DNA from: an uncultured virus (IMG/VR IMGVR_UViG_3300028590_000007) | Lineage: Duplodnaviria > Heunggongvirae > Uroviricota > Caudoviricetes | Length of the DNA: 61,346 nt | IMG/VR virus record: IMGVR_UViG_3300028590_000007 | Direction: 5' to 3' (one strand) | Shown here: positions 9,785 through 19,166 of the stretch, one piece after another | Layout of the letters: each line of letters begins with the position of its first letter | Numbering within the stretch: the stretch's first letter is position 1 | Notes under the pieces: generated by a model | What the model was told of the DNA's origin: nothing | What the model saw: the letters and a program-made list of their open reading frames with translations, nothing else | The model's database searches: none | Made by a program: the position numbers and the translations under genes

Positions 9785-9830
9785 AAATAAAAAAGAAAAG
9801 ACTACCCCACCGGAAAGGCAGGGTAGTCTT
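9785..9830 (-). terminator. Rho-independent terminator
   Basis: aagactaccc/gggtagtctt stem plus long U-tract. Confidence 0.8.
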
Positions 9831-9849
9831 GATGATACCATCCCAGAAA

Positions 9850-11520
9850 TTAATCGAACTGGTTGATGTGATACTCGGTGATCGTGTCGGTGGTGGTAAC
9901 ACGCACACGAATACCGTGCCCATCGTTCATACAGAGACCAGAAGCAGAACCAAGGGTAGGTCCTTCCATCTTGAGAGTCCTTGAAAGGGCCTCGATGGAC
10001 TTGCGCACTTCGTGGTACTCGGATTTCAACATCTCAGGGAAAATGCATCCCGTAGGCTGTTGAGTATCCTGTGCTCCATCGAGAATGAACAAGGCAAACT
10101 GAGGATGATGGCTGAAGGCGGATTCATCGTTCCAGTGGGCTGGGTTCAGCGAAATCGCATTGACCTTCTTCCACGTTTGTCCGCGCAGTTTCCATTGGGA
10201 GGCTGCGGTAGGGGCGGTGTAGGTATAGTAAGAGAAGGGGTTGCGTTTTTCATGGTTATCCCACTGTAAGATAGGTTCGGCCTTCGAAAGCGATGCCGTA
10301 ACAAACGACATGAAGTATCCTTGGAACGGAATGTATGCTTCGATACTGACGGCGGTGGGCAGCACAGTGCGGCGGAAACGAGTCCACGTAATGTTGGTAC
10401 TACCGTGCACAGCACGAGGTGTGCGGGGGTTCGGTGGGGTTTGCTTGGTAGCAACCTTTCCAAACAATCCCGAGGTAGGGTTATTCGTGGGTTTGGTTGT
10501 GTTGGGTAGGACAGAGGGAGTCCACACCGTCCTGATTTCGTTCAGTTTTGCAAAGCGCCGACGGAAAGCCCCTGCAGCTCCGAGCTTGGTGACGATCTCT
10601 TCGGCTCGCTTGACGTTCTGAGCACCGGGAGGAGTCGATGGACGATTGAACTTGGTTGGATCAAGCCGGTCCCTCATGATGTTCTGGATGTGCTTCAGAG
10701 TGCTACCCTTTTGCACTTCCTCCAGAAGGTTCCCCGCAGCATTGCTCTTGATGTGATTGAAACCAGCAGGAGCCTGCGCCGAGCGCAACCACAGGAACCG
10801 ATCACGTTTACGGGCTGTAGTTCTGTACAACTCATCGTGCAGGTTCTTGAACCACTCGATCTGACCTTGGATCTTCTCTGCGCGGAACAGTTTGTCTGCT
10901 GAAGCGATGTTGTTAGCCGTGGTAGCCTCAGCGCGAGTGAAGGTTGCCAAAGCCGATTTGAGGATACGGAACTCTTCCTTGCTCGCAGCATGCATCTGTT
11001 CGGCACTCTTGGTGAGACCTTTGTAGATGAGGTGAGAAGGAGGGGAAACCGCCATGTGCTGCCAGTCACCGGTTTTGGCGTCTCCCCACTCCTTGTCGGC
11101 GGAGTAGAAGACACCACTGATGGTACCGCTCTCGACGTACTTCTTCATCGCCCGAACAGACTCAACGGTCTCGCCGGGTACACCATCCAGATTTCCCCAC
11201 ATAACGGAACGCAGGTTGAGGGTTTCCGGGTCAATGGTCACGAGGTTACCGTAGCGTTCGACGAAACGTCGGCAAGAATCGCAGCGATGCTCGGCGCGTG
11301 CTTGTTCGTTGTCCACGTGATGCAGGAAGGTCTTGTGCAGATCGACGCCTGAAGAAGGCGTGACCGTGAACAGGATAGTGCCTTTGTCAGCGACAGCTTC
11401 GGCAAATGCTTTGCGTTGTCGCTTCAGGAAGTTGTGATATGGACGAGAGTCCTTATCAGTGCGAATTGCAGGTATAGCGGTCAGTGAAACCGCTGCAGGG
11501 GGTTGTGTCTTTTTAGCCAT
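9850..11520 (-). CDS. conserved phage hypothetical protein (HxCxxCRxF motif)
   Basis: 556 aa ORF; EHRCDSCRRF, RRFAKL and WDxxEKRNPFSYY motifs recalled from uncharacterised phage proteins. Confidence 0.8.
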   Translation of the reverse strand: MAKKTQPPAAVSLTAIPAIRTDKDSRPYHNFLKRQRKAFAEAVADKGTILFTVTPSSGVDLHKTFLHHVDNEQARAEHRCDSCRRFVERYGNLVTIDPETLNLRSVMWGNLDGVPGETVESVRAMKKYVESGTISGVFYSADKEWGDAKTGDWQHMAVSPPSHLIYKGLTKSAEQMHAASKEEFRILKSALATFTRAEATTANNIASADKLFRAEKIQGQIEWFKNLHDELYRTTARKRDRFLWLRSAQAPAGFNHIKSNAAGNLLEEVQKGSTLKHIQNIMRDRLDPTKFNRPSTPPGAQNVKRAEEIVTKLGAAGAFRRRFAKLNEIRTVWTPSVLPNTTKPTNNPTSGLFGKVATKQTPPNPRTPRAVHGSTNITWTRFRRTVLPTAVSIEAYIPFQGYFMSFVTASLSKAEPILQWDNHEKRNPFSYYTYTAPTAASQWKLRGQTWKKVNAISLNPAHWNDESAFSHHPQFALFILDGAQDTQQPTGCIFPEMLKSEYHEVRKSIEALSRTLKMEGPTLGSASGLCMNDGHGIRVRVTTTDTITEYHINQFD

Positions 11521-11717
11521 TGTGATAGGCGTGTCAGTGTGTTTTGGTGTCTTTGTTTGTGAAGTTCAGCAGCTCTAGCAATGATAGCCTCATCACTAAG
11601 GATCTGCAGCTCAAGCCAACGAGCGAAGCCAGCGTCAACGATTTCCCGTGGACGCCCTTTGACTATTCGGACCTCTGCCTTTGCATTGGTCAGAGGAGTG
11701 TTAAGCTCCGAATTCAT
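11481..11717 (-). CDS. hypothetical protein
   Basis: 78 aa ORF overlapping both neighbours slightly. Confidence 0.65.
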   Translation of the reverse strand: MNSELNTPLTNAKAEVRIVKGRPREIVDAGFARWLELQILSDEAIIARAAELHKQRHQNTLTRLSQWLKRHNPLQRFH

Positions 11718-12297
11718 GTACTATTTTCCTTTCCACCATGTCGAGCACATGCCCCCAGTCGAATTCATGAGTCGACAGAGCGTAGCTGTGCACGTCCTTA
11801 CCGTCTAGATCTCGAAGACCTGTGGGACGCGTTTCGTCACGGAAGTAGGTCATAGCTTCTTCCAGACTGTCGGTCGCTCCACGGAAATCTTCCAGACCGC
11901 CGCCCGGGTAGTAGCTAGGTCCTGCGAATACCCAGAACCTTCCCATAGGAATTGCATTGAGAGGAGGGTTGGTCAGTACGGGGGTAGACAGTGCGTTGGG
12001 AGGAACAATTAGCTTTTCCTTTAATTCCTGCACCATCTTGTGAACAGAGGCCAAGGTGATGGGAGGCTTAAGGGAGACATACACCTGCTCACTGTCCTTG
12101 AGAATATGTCCTCCATCTAGAGGTGCTCCACCAGATGCAGCAGAAACGATCAACTCACTGGTTTCCGGTAACCCAAAGTCTTCCCGGAATTCACGGTTGG
12201 ATTTCAGACGATCCACACTCCAACCCGGATCAATCCAGTAATCGTGGTTGATGCCGTTTACTGCGACTTTGATCTTGTTACGTTTGACGACGCTCAT
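11701..12297 (-). CDS. Ubl (beta-grasp) domain fused to a YYPxGG phage domain
   Basis: N-terminal KIKVAVNGINHDYWIDPG..L.SNREFREDFGLP aligns with the Ubl units at 20482-20931; ATG 12297 is ATGA-coupled to the upstream gene. Confidence 0.75.
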   Translation of the reverse strand: MSVVKRNKIKVAVNGINHDYWIDPGWSVDRLKSNREFREDFGLPETSELIVSAASGGAPLDGGHILKDSEQVYVSLKPPITLASVHKMVQELKEKLIVPPNALSTPVLTNPPLNAIPMGRFWVFAGPSYYPGGGLEDFRGATDSLEEAMTYFRDETRPTGLRDLDGKDVHSYALSTHEFDWGHVLDMVERKIVHEFGA

Positions 12298-12467
12298 AGC
12301 CGTTGTTTTTTCCAGATTCCACAATGTTGGCAACGAAGGTGTACTTCGAAACCACATGGCATGGTATGGGATGTTTCGTTGTAGATGTTGATGCTACTCT
12401 TTGTTTCCCACTGATGTTTGCACCCTTTGAAGGTGCCTATAAGTAGCCTGTATAGTAGACCTAACAT
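12294..12467 (-). CDS. small Zn-finger protein (57 aa, CxHxW...CxxCG)
   Basis: Read manually: MLGLLYRLLIGTFKGCKHQW...RCQHCGIWKKQRL. Confidence 0.7.
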   Translation of the reverse strand: MLGLLYRLLIGTFKGCKHQWETKSSINIYNETSHTMPCGFEVHLRCQHCGIWKKQRL

Positions 12468-12472
12468 AAGAG

Positions 12473-12547
12473 TGGTACCCCGTCTAGGAATCGAACCTAG
12501 ATCTACCGCTTAGAAGGCGGCTGCTCGATCCATTGAGCTAACGGGGC
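12473..12547 (-). tRNA. tRNA-Arg(UCU)
   Basis: GCCCCGT/ACGGGGT acceptor stem, TAGCTCAATGGA D-arm, anticodon loop CTTCTAA, GGTTCGATTCC T-arm, encoded CCA. Confidence 0.96.
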
Positions 12548-12556
12548 TGAAGTGGG

Positions 12557-13819
12557 TTAGAACGCTTGGTACATCCGTTTACCGGAACGCTTCGAAGGGG
12601 TGAGCCTCAGGGTGGAGCCGTCGACATGCGTAATAAGAACCGAGGAGTCCGTATTGCGGATGATGCTGGCGATCTCACGGTTATACCAAGTGAGGGAACG
12701 GCTGTAGCTGCCTACGCGTGCATTGGGGTTATCCTCGTCCGTGTCATCAGTTTCAGCACGAAGGTACTGAACGTTGATGTAGTCGTCTTCATCAGGACCG
12801 AATTGCTGGAACGGAGAGGCAAACGACGCTTTGTAGAAAGCTGGAACTTCTTTGATATACTTCAGAAGTTTCTCGTCGACACTATCAAGGGCAGAAGCAA
12901 TACCGTAACGCTTGGAGTTGCGGACGATATTGCGGATGGAGTAAGCGTAAGCAGCCGCGTGCTTGTCCTTCTCCTCCAGCTCGACGAAGTTATCGACCAG
13001 AGCAAGAACCGAAGTGCGCAGCTCGGCATCGAATTCAACACTCTCGTCGCTCTCGACATTGAGGAACGAAAGGAACTCCGAAGGAGGTTCATTGAACATC
13101 TTGGCTTCATTGATGATCGCCATCAGGGAGTCCAGCGACAAACCGAAGATAGTCTCGGCCGCCTTGATAACCGCATCCCGAAGATCACCCTCTGGGATCT
13201 GGTCACAGATGACAGCACGGAAAACGTCCTGACTGAGGGCGTCGTAACGCTTGTGGTAACGAACACGCCCCGGACGACTGTTGATGAAGGTGTTGACGTT
13301 CGGGTCGTTCGAGGTGAGGACGAACAAGTGGGCAGTCGAAGAAGTACCGTCAAGAAGCGTGAGAAGATGAGCGGAATCCTCCTCGCTGTAGATCTTCTCG
13401 AACTCGTCCATGATGACGACGCATTTGACAGGGATCTTCTGTAGGAAGTCCGAGAACTCTGAACCTTTGAAGAACGAGTTGATAAGCAGGACGGGCGACT
13501 TGGACTTGAGTCCGATCATCTTGGCGGCGACAGACTTGCCCGCACCCGATTTGCCACTGAGGAGAACGCCGATACCACGTTCAAGTTTGTGCCAAGCGGC
13601 GAGAGCGCGGTCAACGAACTTGTCGTCTTCACCGTAGATCTTTTTCGGAAGTTCGAGATCTTCTTTGATTTTCAGGTAGAAACCACTCATGTCGGCTGCG
13701 ACTTCATACACGCCGACTGGGAGACCCTTGACGGGAGTGGATGCGCCATTGGTAAAACGAACTTCATTACCATTGGTGACGGAGTAAATGGGCGCTACAG
13801 TTGTTGTTTTTTCGGACAT
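12557..13819 (-). CDS. AAA+ ATPase (single AAA module)
   Basis: Walker A GKSGAGKS, Walker B VVIMDEFEK, LLTLLDG, TSN sensor, SRPGR Arg finger; start reassigned to ATG 13819. Confidence 0.92.
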   Translation of the reverse strand: MSEKTTTVAPIYSVTNGNEVRFTNGASTPVKGLPVGVYEVAADMSGFYLKIKEDLELPKKIYGEDDKFVDRALAAWHKLERGIGVLLSGKSGAGKSVAAKMIGLKSKSPVLLINSFFKGSEFSDFLQKIPVKCVVIMDEFEKIYSEEDSAHLLTLLDGTSSTAHLFVLTSNDPNVNTFINSRPGRVRYHKRYDALSQDVFRAVICDQIPEGDLRDAVIKAAETIFGLSLDSLMAIINEAKMFNEPPSEFLSFLNVESDESVEFDAELRTSVLALVDNFVELEEKDKHAAAYAYSIRNIVRNSKRYGIASALDSVDEKLLKYIKEVPAFYKASFASPFQQFGPDEDDYINVQYLRAETDDTDEDNPNARVGSYSRSLTWYNREIASIIRNTDSSVLITHVDGSTLRLTPSKRSGKRMYQAF

Positions 13820-13835
13820 ATTGGGTGCTGAGAGG

Positions 13836-13895
13836 AAATAAAAAAATAGAAAGGTGAAATGGAGGAGTGCCGCCATGCCGACACCCCTCCATCTC
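13836..13895 (-). terminator. Rho-independent terminator
   Basis: atggaggggtgtcg/cggcactcctccat stem followed by ttcacctttctattttttt. Confidence 0.8.
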
Positions 13896-14207
13896 GTACG
13901 GTCTTGCAACCAACAGCAAGGAAACCCGTATCGCGTAAGCAGAACCGTTGCTCACTGGTTACGAGTTTCGAAGACAACCACATTGGAGGTTGACGCTAGG
14001 GTGACTTCTACCTTGCACTTACCATTAGGCAGATGCTTATACCTTATACCTGAAATTAGTAACCACGGCAGGGCGTGTTAACTCCTGCTATCCTCTCCTG
14101 ACAACCGATGGCCCGGTTTAAGAGGATCACCTGTTTGAGGCAGGTGGTTCGACACTTACGAACTTCGAGGTTTAACCAACAGACGACCCACCAAGGTCGA
14201 CTGAAGA

Positions 14208-14996
14208 TTAGCCCGGACGATTGGCTTGGGCGTGGCGGCGGCTGTTTGCAGCAGCACGCATGGCCTCGACGGTTTCTCGGCACATTTCTTTGTGCTCTTC
14301 CGAGTGTCGGGTCCAGTAGCCACCACCGCTGCCTGCGTGGATGATCTGCTTGGCGTAGGCTTCCCGTTCTTCAACGGAATTGCCGTGACCAGCAGCGATA
14401 TGATCCACCCAAAGGACACCGGCATGCTGCAGCTTCTGCATGACCTGAATGTGCCCATCGGAACCGTTGCCAAAACTTGCGACCGCGTATGGTGTGATCG
14501 GTTTTGGTTGTTGGTCCCAGCGTCCGAATGATGCCGTCAACGAAGAGGAGGAAGCACGCTCGAACTTGCGTTCAAAGTAGGAAACGGCGAGAGCCAGATC
14601 CGTACCGCGTTTCTCCATTTCCTCAGGGGTAAGCAGCTGATAACAGACCCGCATGATCGTGGCGTTCTCAGGCCACTCACTCACGGGCAGGTCCTTTTCA
14701 CGACCTTTGTACTTGCGCATATCTCCGCTACCCATCACTTTGATAATATGCATCTCGCGTTCGATAGGCATACTAATAAATTTCGGGTGCAGAATTCCAT
14801 CTTTGACCCCACCGAAGAGTTCGATGGCACCGACGAGGCCACGGCGGACAGGGTAGAACCCGGTCAGGCGTACATTGACTTTGGATTGCTCAACCATTGG
14901 CGGGTTGAGTTCTCCGAAAAGTCCTTGATGGATGGCTTTGACGGATGCCTCGGTTTCGTGAGGTGCTGCAGGGGTTTCGTTCTTATGGTCGGACAT
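14208..14996 (-). CDS. hypothetical protein
   Basis: 262 aa ORF. Confidence 0.8.
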   Translation of the reverse strand: MSDHKNETPAAPHETEASVKAIHQGLFGELNPPMVEQSKVNVRLTGFYPVRRGLVGAIELFGGVKDGILHPKFISMPIEREMHIIKVMGSGDMRKYKGREKDLPVSEWPENATIMRVCYQLLTPEEMEKRGTDLALAVSYFERKFERASSSSLTASFGRWDQQPKPITPYAVASFGNGSDGHIQVMQKLQHAGVLWVDHIAAGHGNSVEEREAYAKQIIHAGSGGGYWTRHSEEHKEMCRETVEAMRAAANSRRHAQANRPG

Positions 14997-15031
14997 GGTA
15001 TGCTGTGTGTGAGAAAGAGTGTATCTCTTTC

Positions 15032-15047
15032 CAAATTTATATAGCGC
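15032..15047 (-). promoter_or_regulatory. candidate promoter element GCTATATAAATTTG
   Basis: Near-identical to 5919-5934; 40 nt upstream of ATG 14996. Confidence 0.4.
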
Positions 15048-15065
15048 AAAATCAGGGGGTATTGC

Positions 15066-15102
15066 GGAAGGGGTTACGGTGCGCCAAACCGTAGCCCCTT
15101 CC
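15066..15102 (-). terminator. strong hairpin, probable terminator of the Ubl operon
   Basis: ggaaggggttacggt/accgtagccccttcc inverted repeat downstream of the last operon gene; weak U-tract. Confidence 0.5.
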
Positions 15103-15126
15103 TTGAATTATGCCAGAATGCCGATG

Positions 15127-15300
15127 TTATACCTTTGCGAGCTGTGCGAGACGCTTGTCACGCTCCCGTGCAATCCGACGTTTCGACTTTGCGGAGACGA
15201 ATTCGTAGGTTTTGACTTTGGCGAAGATAGCCTCCACTTCTGCGGGGGTACTTGCTTCTTGGATTTGCTTGCGGGTGCTCTTTGAATGGGTGTTGGACAT
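15127..15300 (-). CDS. small basic helical protein (57 aa)
   Basis: Read manually: MSNTHSKSTRKQIQEAST...RERDKRLAQLAKV. Confidence 0.7.
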   Translation of the reverse strand: MSNTHSKSTRKQIQEASTPAEVEAIFAKVKTYEFVSAKSKRRIARERDKRLAQLAKV

Positions 15301-15341
15301 GAGTCAGGAATGTAAGGGTCAGTTATGTATGGAAGACAAAA

Positions 15342-17006
15342 TCACAGGCTTTGAAGGTACTGCCCGATGGCAGCTGCATTCTTGCCCATGATCGGACTGT
15401 TCTTCGTGTCGTACATTACCGTTTGCTGGATGAAGCGGAGAGCTTCTTCAGCGCCTTTGCGGAGATGCTTGTTCTCAGAATCGGAATGCAGCGTAAGCAT
15501 GCGGTCGATCATGAGACGAGATTGATCTGAAGGCTTATTCAGCTGCGGCAGACTGTTGAGGGTCATTGCAATGTCCTTGTGGGTAGCGACACCCACTTCT
15601 GGAAGAACATTGATCATGTGCTGCAAACCAGAGATGGCTTCGTAACGCGACAGGGAAAAGCGCGACGACACTTCGAGGAAGAGGTGTGGAATCTTCCAGT
15701 CGGCGGAATTGATAGCTTCGTTGTTGTCAACGTCGGTATCAATAGTCGTCGCCGAATCTGTTCCAATAGGCTTCCCATTGCGAGTAATCATCGATTCCGA
15801 GATCCCCGTCACGATAGTCTTTGGGCGAGCGGGCACGCCACCCGCGCCTCCGGAAGGATAGGATGAACCATGACCACTGTAAGTCGTTCCTCCACTATAG
15901 CGACCACCTTGGCCTCCTCCGTAGTAGTTGCCACCACCATGATGGCTGGAATAGTTTGACTTTACTTCGGTGATACAGTCTTTCCACTCTTCGGGGAAGC
16001 CCTCGTCCTTGATGTGGGTTACCCAGTGCAACGACAGCTTCTCGCGGACTTCCGCAGGAAGGGAGGCATCCCAACCGGGAACTGCGATGATGTGACCGAA
16101 GTCCTTCACCGGTACCAGCTCGGAGTTCGCAGGCAGAACGCGGTTACCTTGGTTGTCATACTCCGCAGACATCTTCACCCGGATACGGGCATGGATGTCG
16201 ATAGGATACACAGCCATCTTGCCGACGGTGATATGGAAGCCCTGCTTGGTCGTCTCGTCGTCCTTGTCGGTCGCAGAGTCGAAAGCGCCCATATGAACGT
16301 GGTTGTGGGTTGTACCGTGCCAGTCACCGGAGTTGACGCCAAACTGCTCACGCAGCTTTGCGAACACTTCAAGGTTCTCCTCGGTCTCGTAATCCACCTT
16401 GACCGTCATTGCTCCACGTGTGATGCGCTGATGGAATGGGAAGTGGATGTATGCACCAGCCTCAGTGAGAAGGTGCGAGATGTGGGTCTCGGCGTTGTAG
16501 GTCTTGACCGACCAGATGTGGTACGCCACGATCTGTTTCCAGTCGTCGTACGTGATCTTCGGAGCGAGGATCTTCAGCTCCGGAGCTGCTGATTCCATGT
16601 TGAAACCAGCCGGTGGCGTTTCAGTCCACCCACGGAAGAACCTGTTTTCACGCGGAGCATAGAGCTTGCTGCCGCTGATCCGCAGACCACCTGCAGGCAT
16701 TGCGACCTGTACGTACCGTGGATCCTCTTCTTCTGGGGCTGGTTCGGACGTAACAGTGATTACCGGTTGCTTGGCAACTGCAGCCGTTGAGGCTCCTGCT
16801 GTCGGCGGTACCATCGGGTTGACGCGCACTGGTTCTTCCGGGTTACTGAGGTCTGCGTTGGCAATGGCTTCGTCAACAGTTCGATTGGTGTTGTTACCCT
16901 TACCTCCTCCGCGAGGACCACCTTGGTTCCGTTTGGACTTGTCGATGGTCTGGCCTTGCCCGCCCTTTCGGTTGGACCCTCCTTTGTTGTGATTGGTTTT
17001 GGCCAT
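15342..17006 (-). CDS. JAB/JAMM metallopeptidase (deubiquitinase-like) with disordered flanks
   Basis: Upstream Glu (NAETH) and GTTHNHVHMGAFDSATDKDDE...GFHITVG = E...HxH-x7-S-xx-D; start reassigned to ATG 17006. Confidence 0.88.
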   Translation of the reverse strand: MAKTNHNKGGSNRKGGQGQTIDKSKRNQGGPRGGGKGNNTNRTVDEAIANADLSNPEEPVRVNPMVPPTAGASTAAVAKQPVITVTSEPAPEEEDPRYVQVAMPAGGLRISGSKLYAPRENRFFRGWTETPPAGFNMESAAPELKILAPKITYDDWKQIVAYHIWSVKTYNAETHISHLLTEAGAYIHFPFHQRITRGAMTVKVDYETEENLEVFAKLREQFGVNSGDWHGTTHNHVHMGAFDSATDKDDETTKQGFHITVGKMAVYPIDIHARIRVKMSAEYDNQGNRVLPANSELVPVKDFGHIIAVPGWDASLPAEVREKLSLHWVTHIKDEGFPEEWKDCITEVKSNYSSHHGGGNYYGGGQGGRYSGGTTYSGHGSSYPSGGAGGVPARPKTIVTGISESMITRNGKPIGTDSATTIDTDVDNNEAINSADWKIPHLFLEVSSRFSLSRYEAISGLQHMINVLPEVGVATHKDIAMTLNSLPQLNKPSDQSRLMIDRMLTLHSDSENKHLRKGAEEALRFIQQTVMYDTKNSPIMGKNAAAIGQYLQSL

Positions 17007-17010
17007 GGTA

Positions 17011-18441
17011 TTAGATGAACTGCGGAGTAAGCTGATCGGGTTTGAAGGTATTGATTGCCAGAATTTTGCTATGAGCTTTCTCAAAGGCTACGATAGGTTG
17101 AGGATCTTTCGGATGTGCGGCAGCTGCAAATTCCGCGAAATGCTTCGCAGCAGTTGCATCACGCAGGTGTATCCCTGCATGAGAGTTGTCACCAGTAGCA
17201 CTGATGGTCGAGGTGAATGACGTGGGACTCACGTTCTTGGAAGTGTGCGTAGGGAAGTACATCACACCATAGAAGAACGGGCCGTCGATCCACTGATTGA
17301 AGAACTCCTGTGCGTAACCCCAGAGGGCTTCGGCGTTCAGGATGTCTCCGGGCATCTTGTTGATCGCAGTACTGTTTTGAGCCGTGAGGATCGAAAGCTG
17401 ATACGAACTGTCATACGGAGCACGTTGAACGCTGCGAATCCTGATGGCACCACGAGTAGTACCCTCTTGGGAGAGAGGGCCGCCCAGCATCTTCTCGATA
17501 CCGACGCGTGTGGCTTCTTGGAAAGTCGCAGCACCACCTGCAGAGGGTACAACGAGGTACGATACCGACAGCGAGACCATCTTGGGCTTGAACGCAGGTG
17601 CGTCCCAGATGGACCGCGCCATGTTCTTGTTGATAGTCATCTGTGAAACACCGCCTCCAACATCCCCAAACAGAGTGGAGAGACGCTGAGAACCAGCGAT
17701 GGAGTGAGTGATACCAGCGAGAGGTGAGTTCTCGAAGATGAAGATCGGACGCAGCAGGGCGACGATAAACTTCCGTGAATCCGCCGGACCATAGTAGACA
17801 CCGTTGGTAACAGGGATGGTTGCCTGAATGCAGTCAGCGATAGCCATCTTGGTCTCGCTGTTGCGGAGGGCCAGAATATGAGAGATATCCTGCAGAATGT
17901 GGGCTGGAGCACCCAGACGAGCGCGACCTTGGTCACCCCCACCTGTACTGGCAGAATTCTTCAGCATTCGCAGCATGTTCTTGTTAGCGTCCTCCTTTCT
18001 ACGCAAGAACGAGAATTTTGGAGATTCGTAAACTTCCATGAGATCTTTGTGGGTGATCTCATCGAACTTCGTATTCATGAATGCGGCAGCAGCTGGTTCC
18101 CAGCTTTGCTGAATCATGCGGGCGACAACCTTGGAACGGAAGTCAGCGCCGTAGGCAGTAGGCTCTGGGACAAACGCAGGGATGTCTGCAAGGGGAATAC
18201 CTTGGATGGCGTCGGTAGTCGAGGTAGTCCACGTGCCGCTGCTGAAGGTCAGGAGACGAACAGGCGACCCACTAGAACCGACGATTGTCGAGGTTACCGG
18301 GGGAGTCGGGATCGAGAACTGCCAAGCTGGAGCTGGAGTGGCTGGAGGTGGCGGAGTTTCGACTGCTGCAGCGGCTGGGGCCTTGTCCTTTTTGGCTGCA
18401 GTTTTGGTTACCCTCTTGGTGGCTTTCTTGGTAGTACTCAC
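17011..18441 (-). CDS. hypothetical protein inside the Ubl operon
   Basis: 476 aa; start overlaps the E1 stop; Lys/Pro/Ala-rich N-terminal arm. Confidence 0.85.
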   Translation of the reverse strand: MSTTKKATKRVTKTAAKKDKAPAAAAVETPPPPATPAPAWQFSIPTPPVTSTIVGSSGSPVRLLTFSSGTWTTSTTDAIQGIPLADIPAFVPEPTAYGADFRSKVVARMIQQSWEPAAAAFMNTKFDEITHKDLMEVYESPKFSFLRRKEDANKNMLRMLKNSASTGGGDQGRARLGAPAHILQDISHILALRNSETKMAIADCIQATIPVTNGVYYGPADSRKFIVALLRPIFIFENSPLAGITHSIAGSQRLSTLFGDVGGGVSQMTINKNMARSIWDAPAFKPKMVSLSVSYLVVPSAGGAATFQEATRVGIEKMLGGPLSQEGTTRGAIRIRSVQRAPYDSSYQLSILTAQNSTAINKMPGDILNAEALWGYAQEFFNQWIDGPFFYGVMYFPTHTSKNVSPTSFTSTISATGDNSHAGIHLRDATAAKHFAEFAAAAHPKDPQPIVAFEKAHSKILAINTFKPDQLTPQFI

Positions 18442-19157
18442 GTCAGTTTCACTTCAGTTGCTTCTTCATGCACTTCCGCTTTCGGGGCTTCCATTGGAAT
18501 ATCCTTGAAGCGGACACTGGTGACACCGTTGCGGGTGCCCTTGATTTCTGCTGGCACATTCTCCAGACTTGCGCAACGCTGCAGAGCATTGAACAGCCAG
18601 AGCATGAAGCTACCAGCGTTGTGGTTGGCAATCGGCAGTTGAGGTGCTGACTCGATTGCTTCGACGGTATTGCAGCTTTCGCCGGGGCCACGACCATCAG
18701 GGACGATGTTGTGGCGCACGTATGGGTCGCGATAGGTATCACCCCATTCCGGTATGAATAGGTATGCCTCGGGGTCTTCTTCTTCATTGGCACCCCAGAT
18801 GATCGGGATGTCCATGCGTTCCGCGATCTTTTTCGCGTAGCAGCGTGCGTCGTGGTTGTCGACAGCCACGAACAGAATCTTGACATCGTCAGGAAGCTCG
18901 GTCATGTCGGAGATATAGGTCTCCATGCATGTGATCTTCTTGTCGGTGAACTTATCGTACATCGAGGCGTAGACTTTCGCCTTGTTTTCCGAGTCACCAA
19001 AGTGTGCGCCGATTTGACGAAGAGTATTCTTCTTCTCAAACTTGTCGCCATCGATGAGGAGCAGGTTGTGCGTCATCATGAGGGCGGGCAGGATGTGGGA
19101 GGTGACTCCTCCACAACCGATAATGGCGATTGTATCAAAGGATCGTTCGATCTTCAT
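18438..19157 (-). CDS. E1/ThiF-family adenylyltransferase (Ubl-activating enzyme)
   Basis: IIGCGGVTS, IDGDKFEKKNTLRQ, NKA, AVDNHDAR; candidate catalytic Cys in GESC followed by PQLPIAN; no CxxC Zn sites. Confidence 0.93.
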   Translation of the reverse strand: MKIERSFDTIAIIGCGGVTSHILPALMMTHNLLLIDGDKFEKKNTLRQIGAHFGDSENKAKVYASMYDKFTDKKITCMETYISDMTELPDDVKILFVAVDNHDARCYAKKIAERMDIPIIWGANEEEDPEAYLFIPEWGDTYRDPYVRHNIVPDGRGPGESCNTVEAIESAPQLPIANHNAGSFMLWLFNALQRCASLENVPAEIKGTRNGVTSVRFKDIPMEAPKAEVHEEATEVKLT

Positions 19158-19166
19158 GAGTGGGTG

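Noticed and set aside
13836..14207. tmRNA, RNase P RNA or group I intron
   Set aside because: No tRNA-like ends, no GAGGAAAGUCC-type signature and no interrupted flanking gene.
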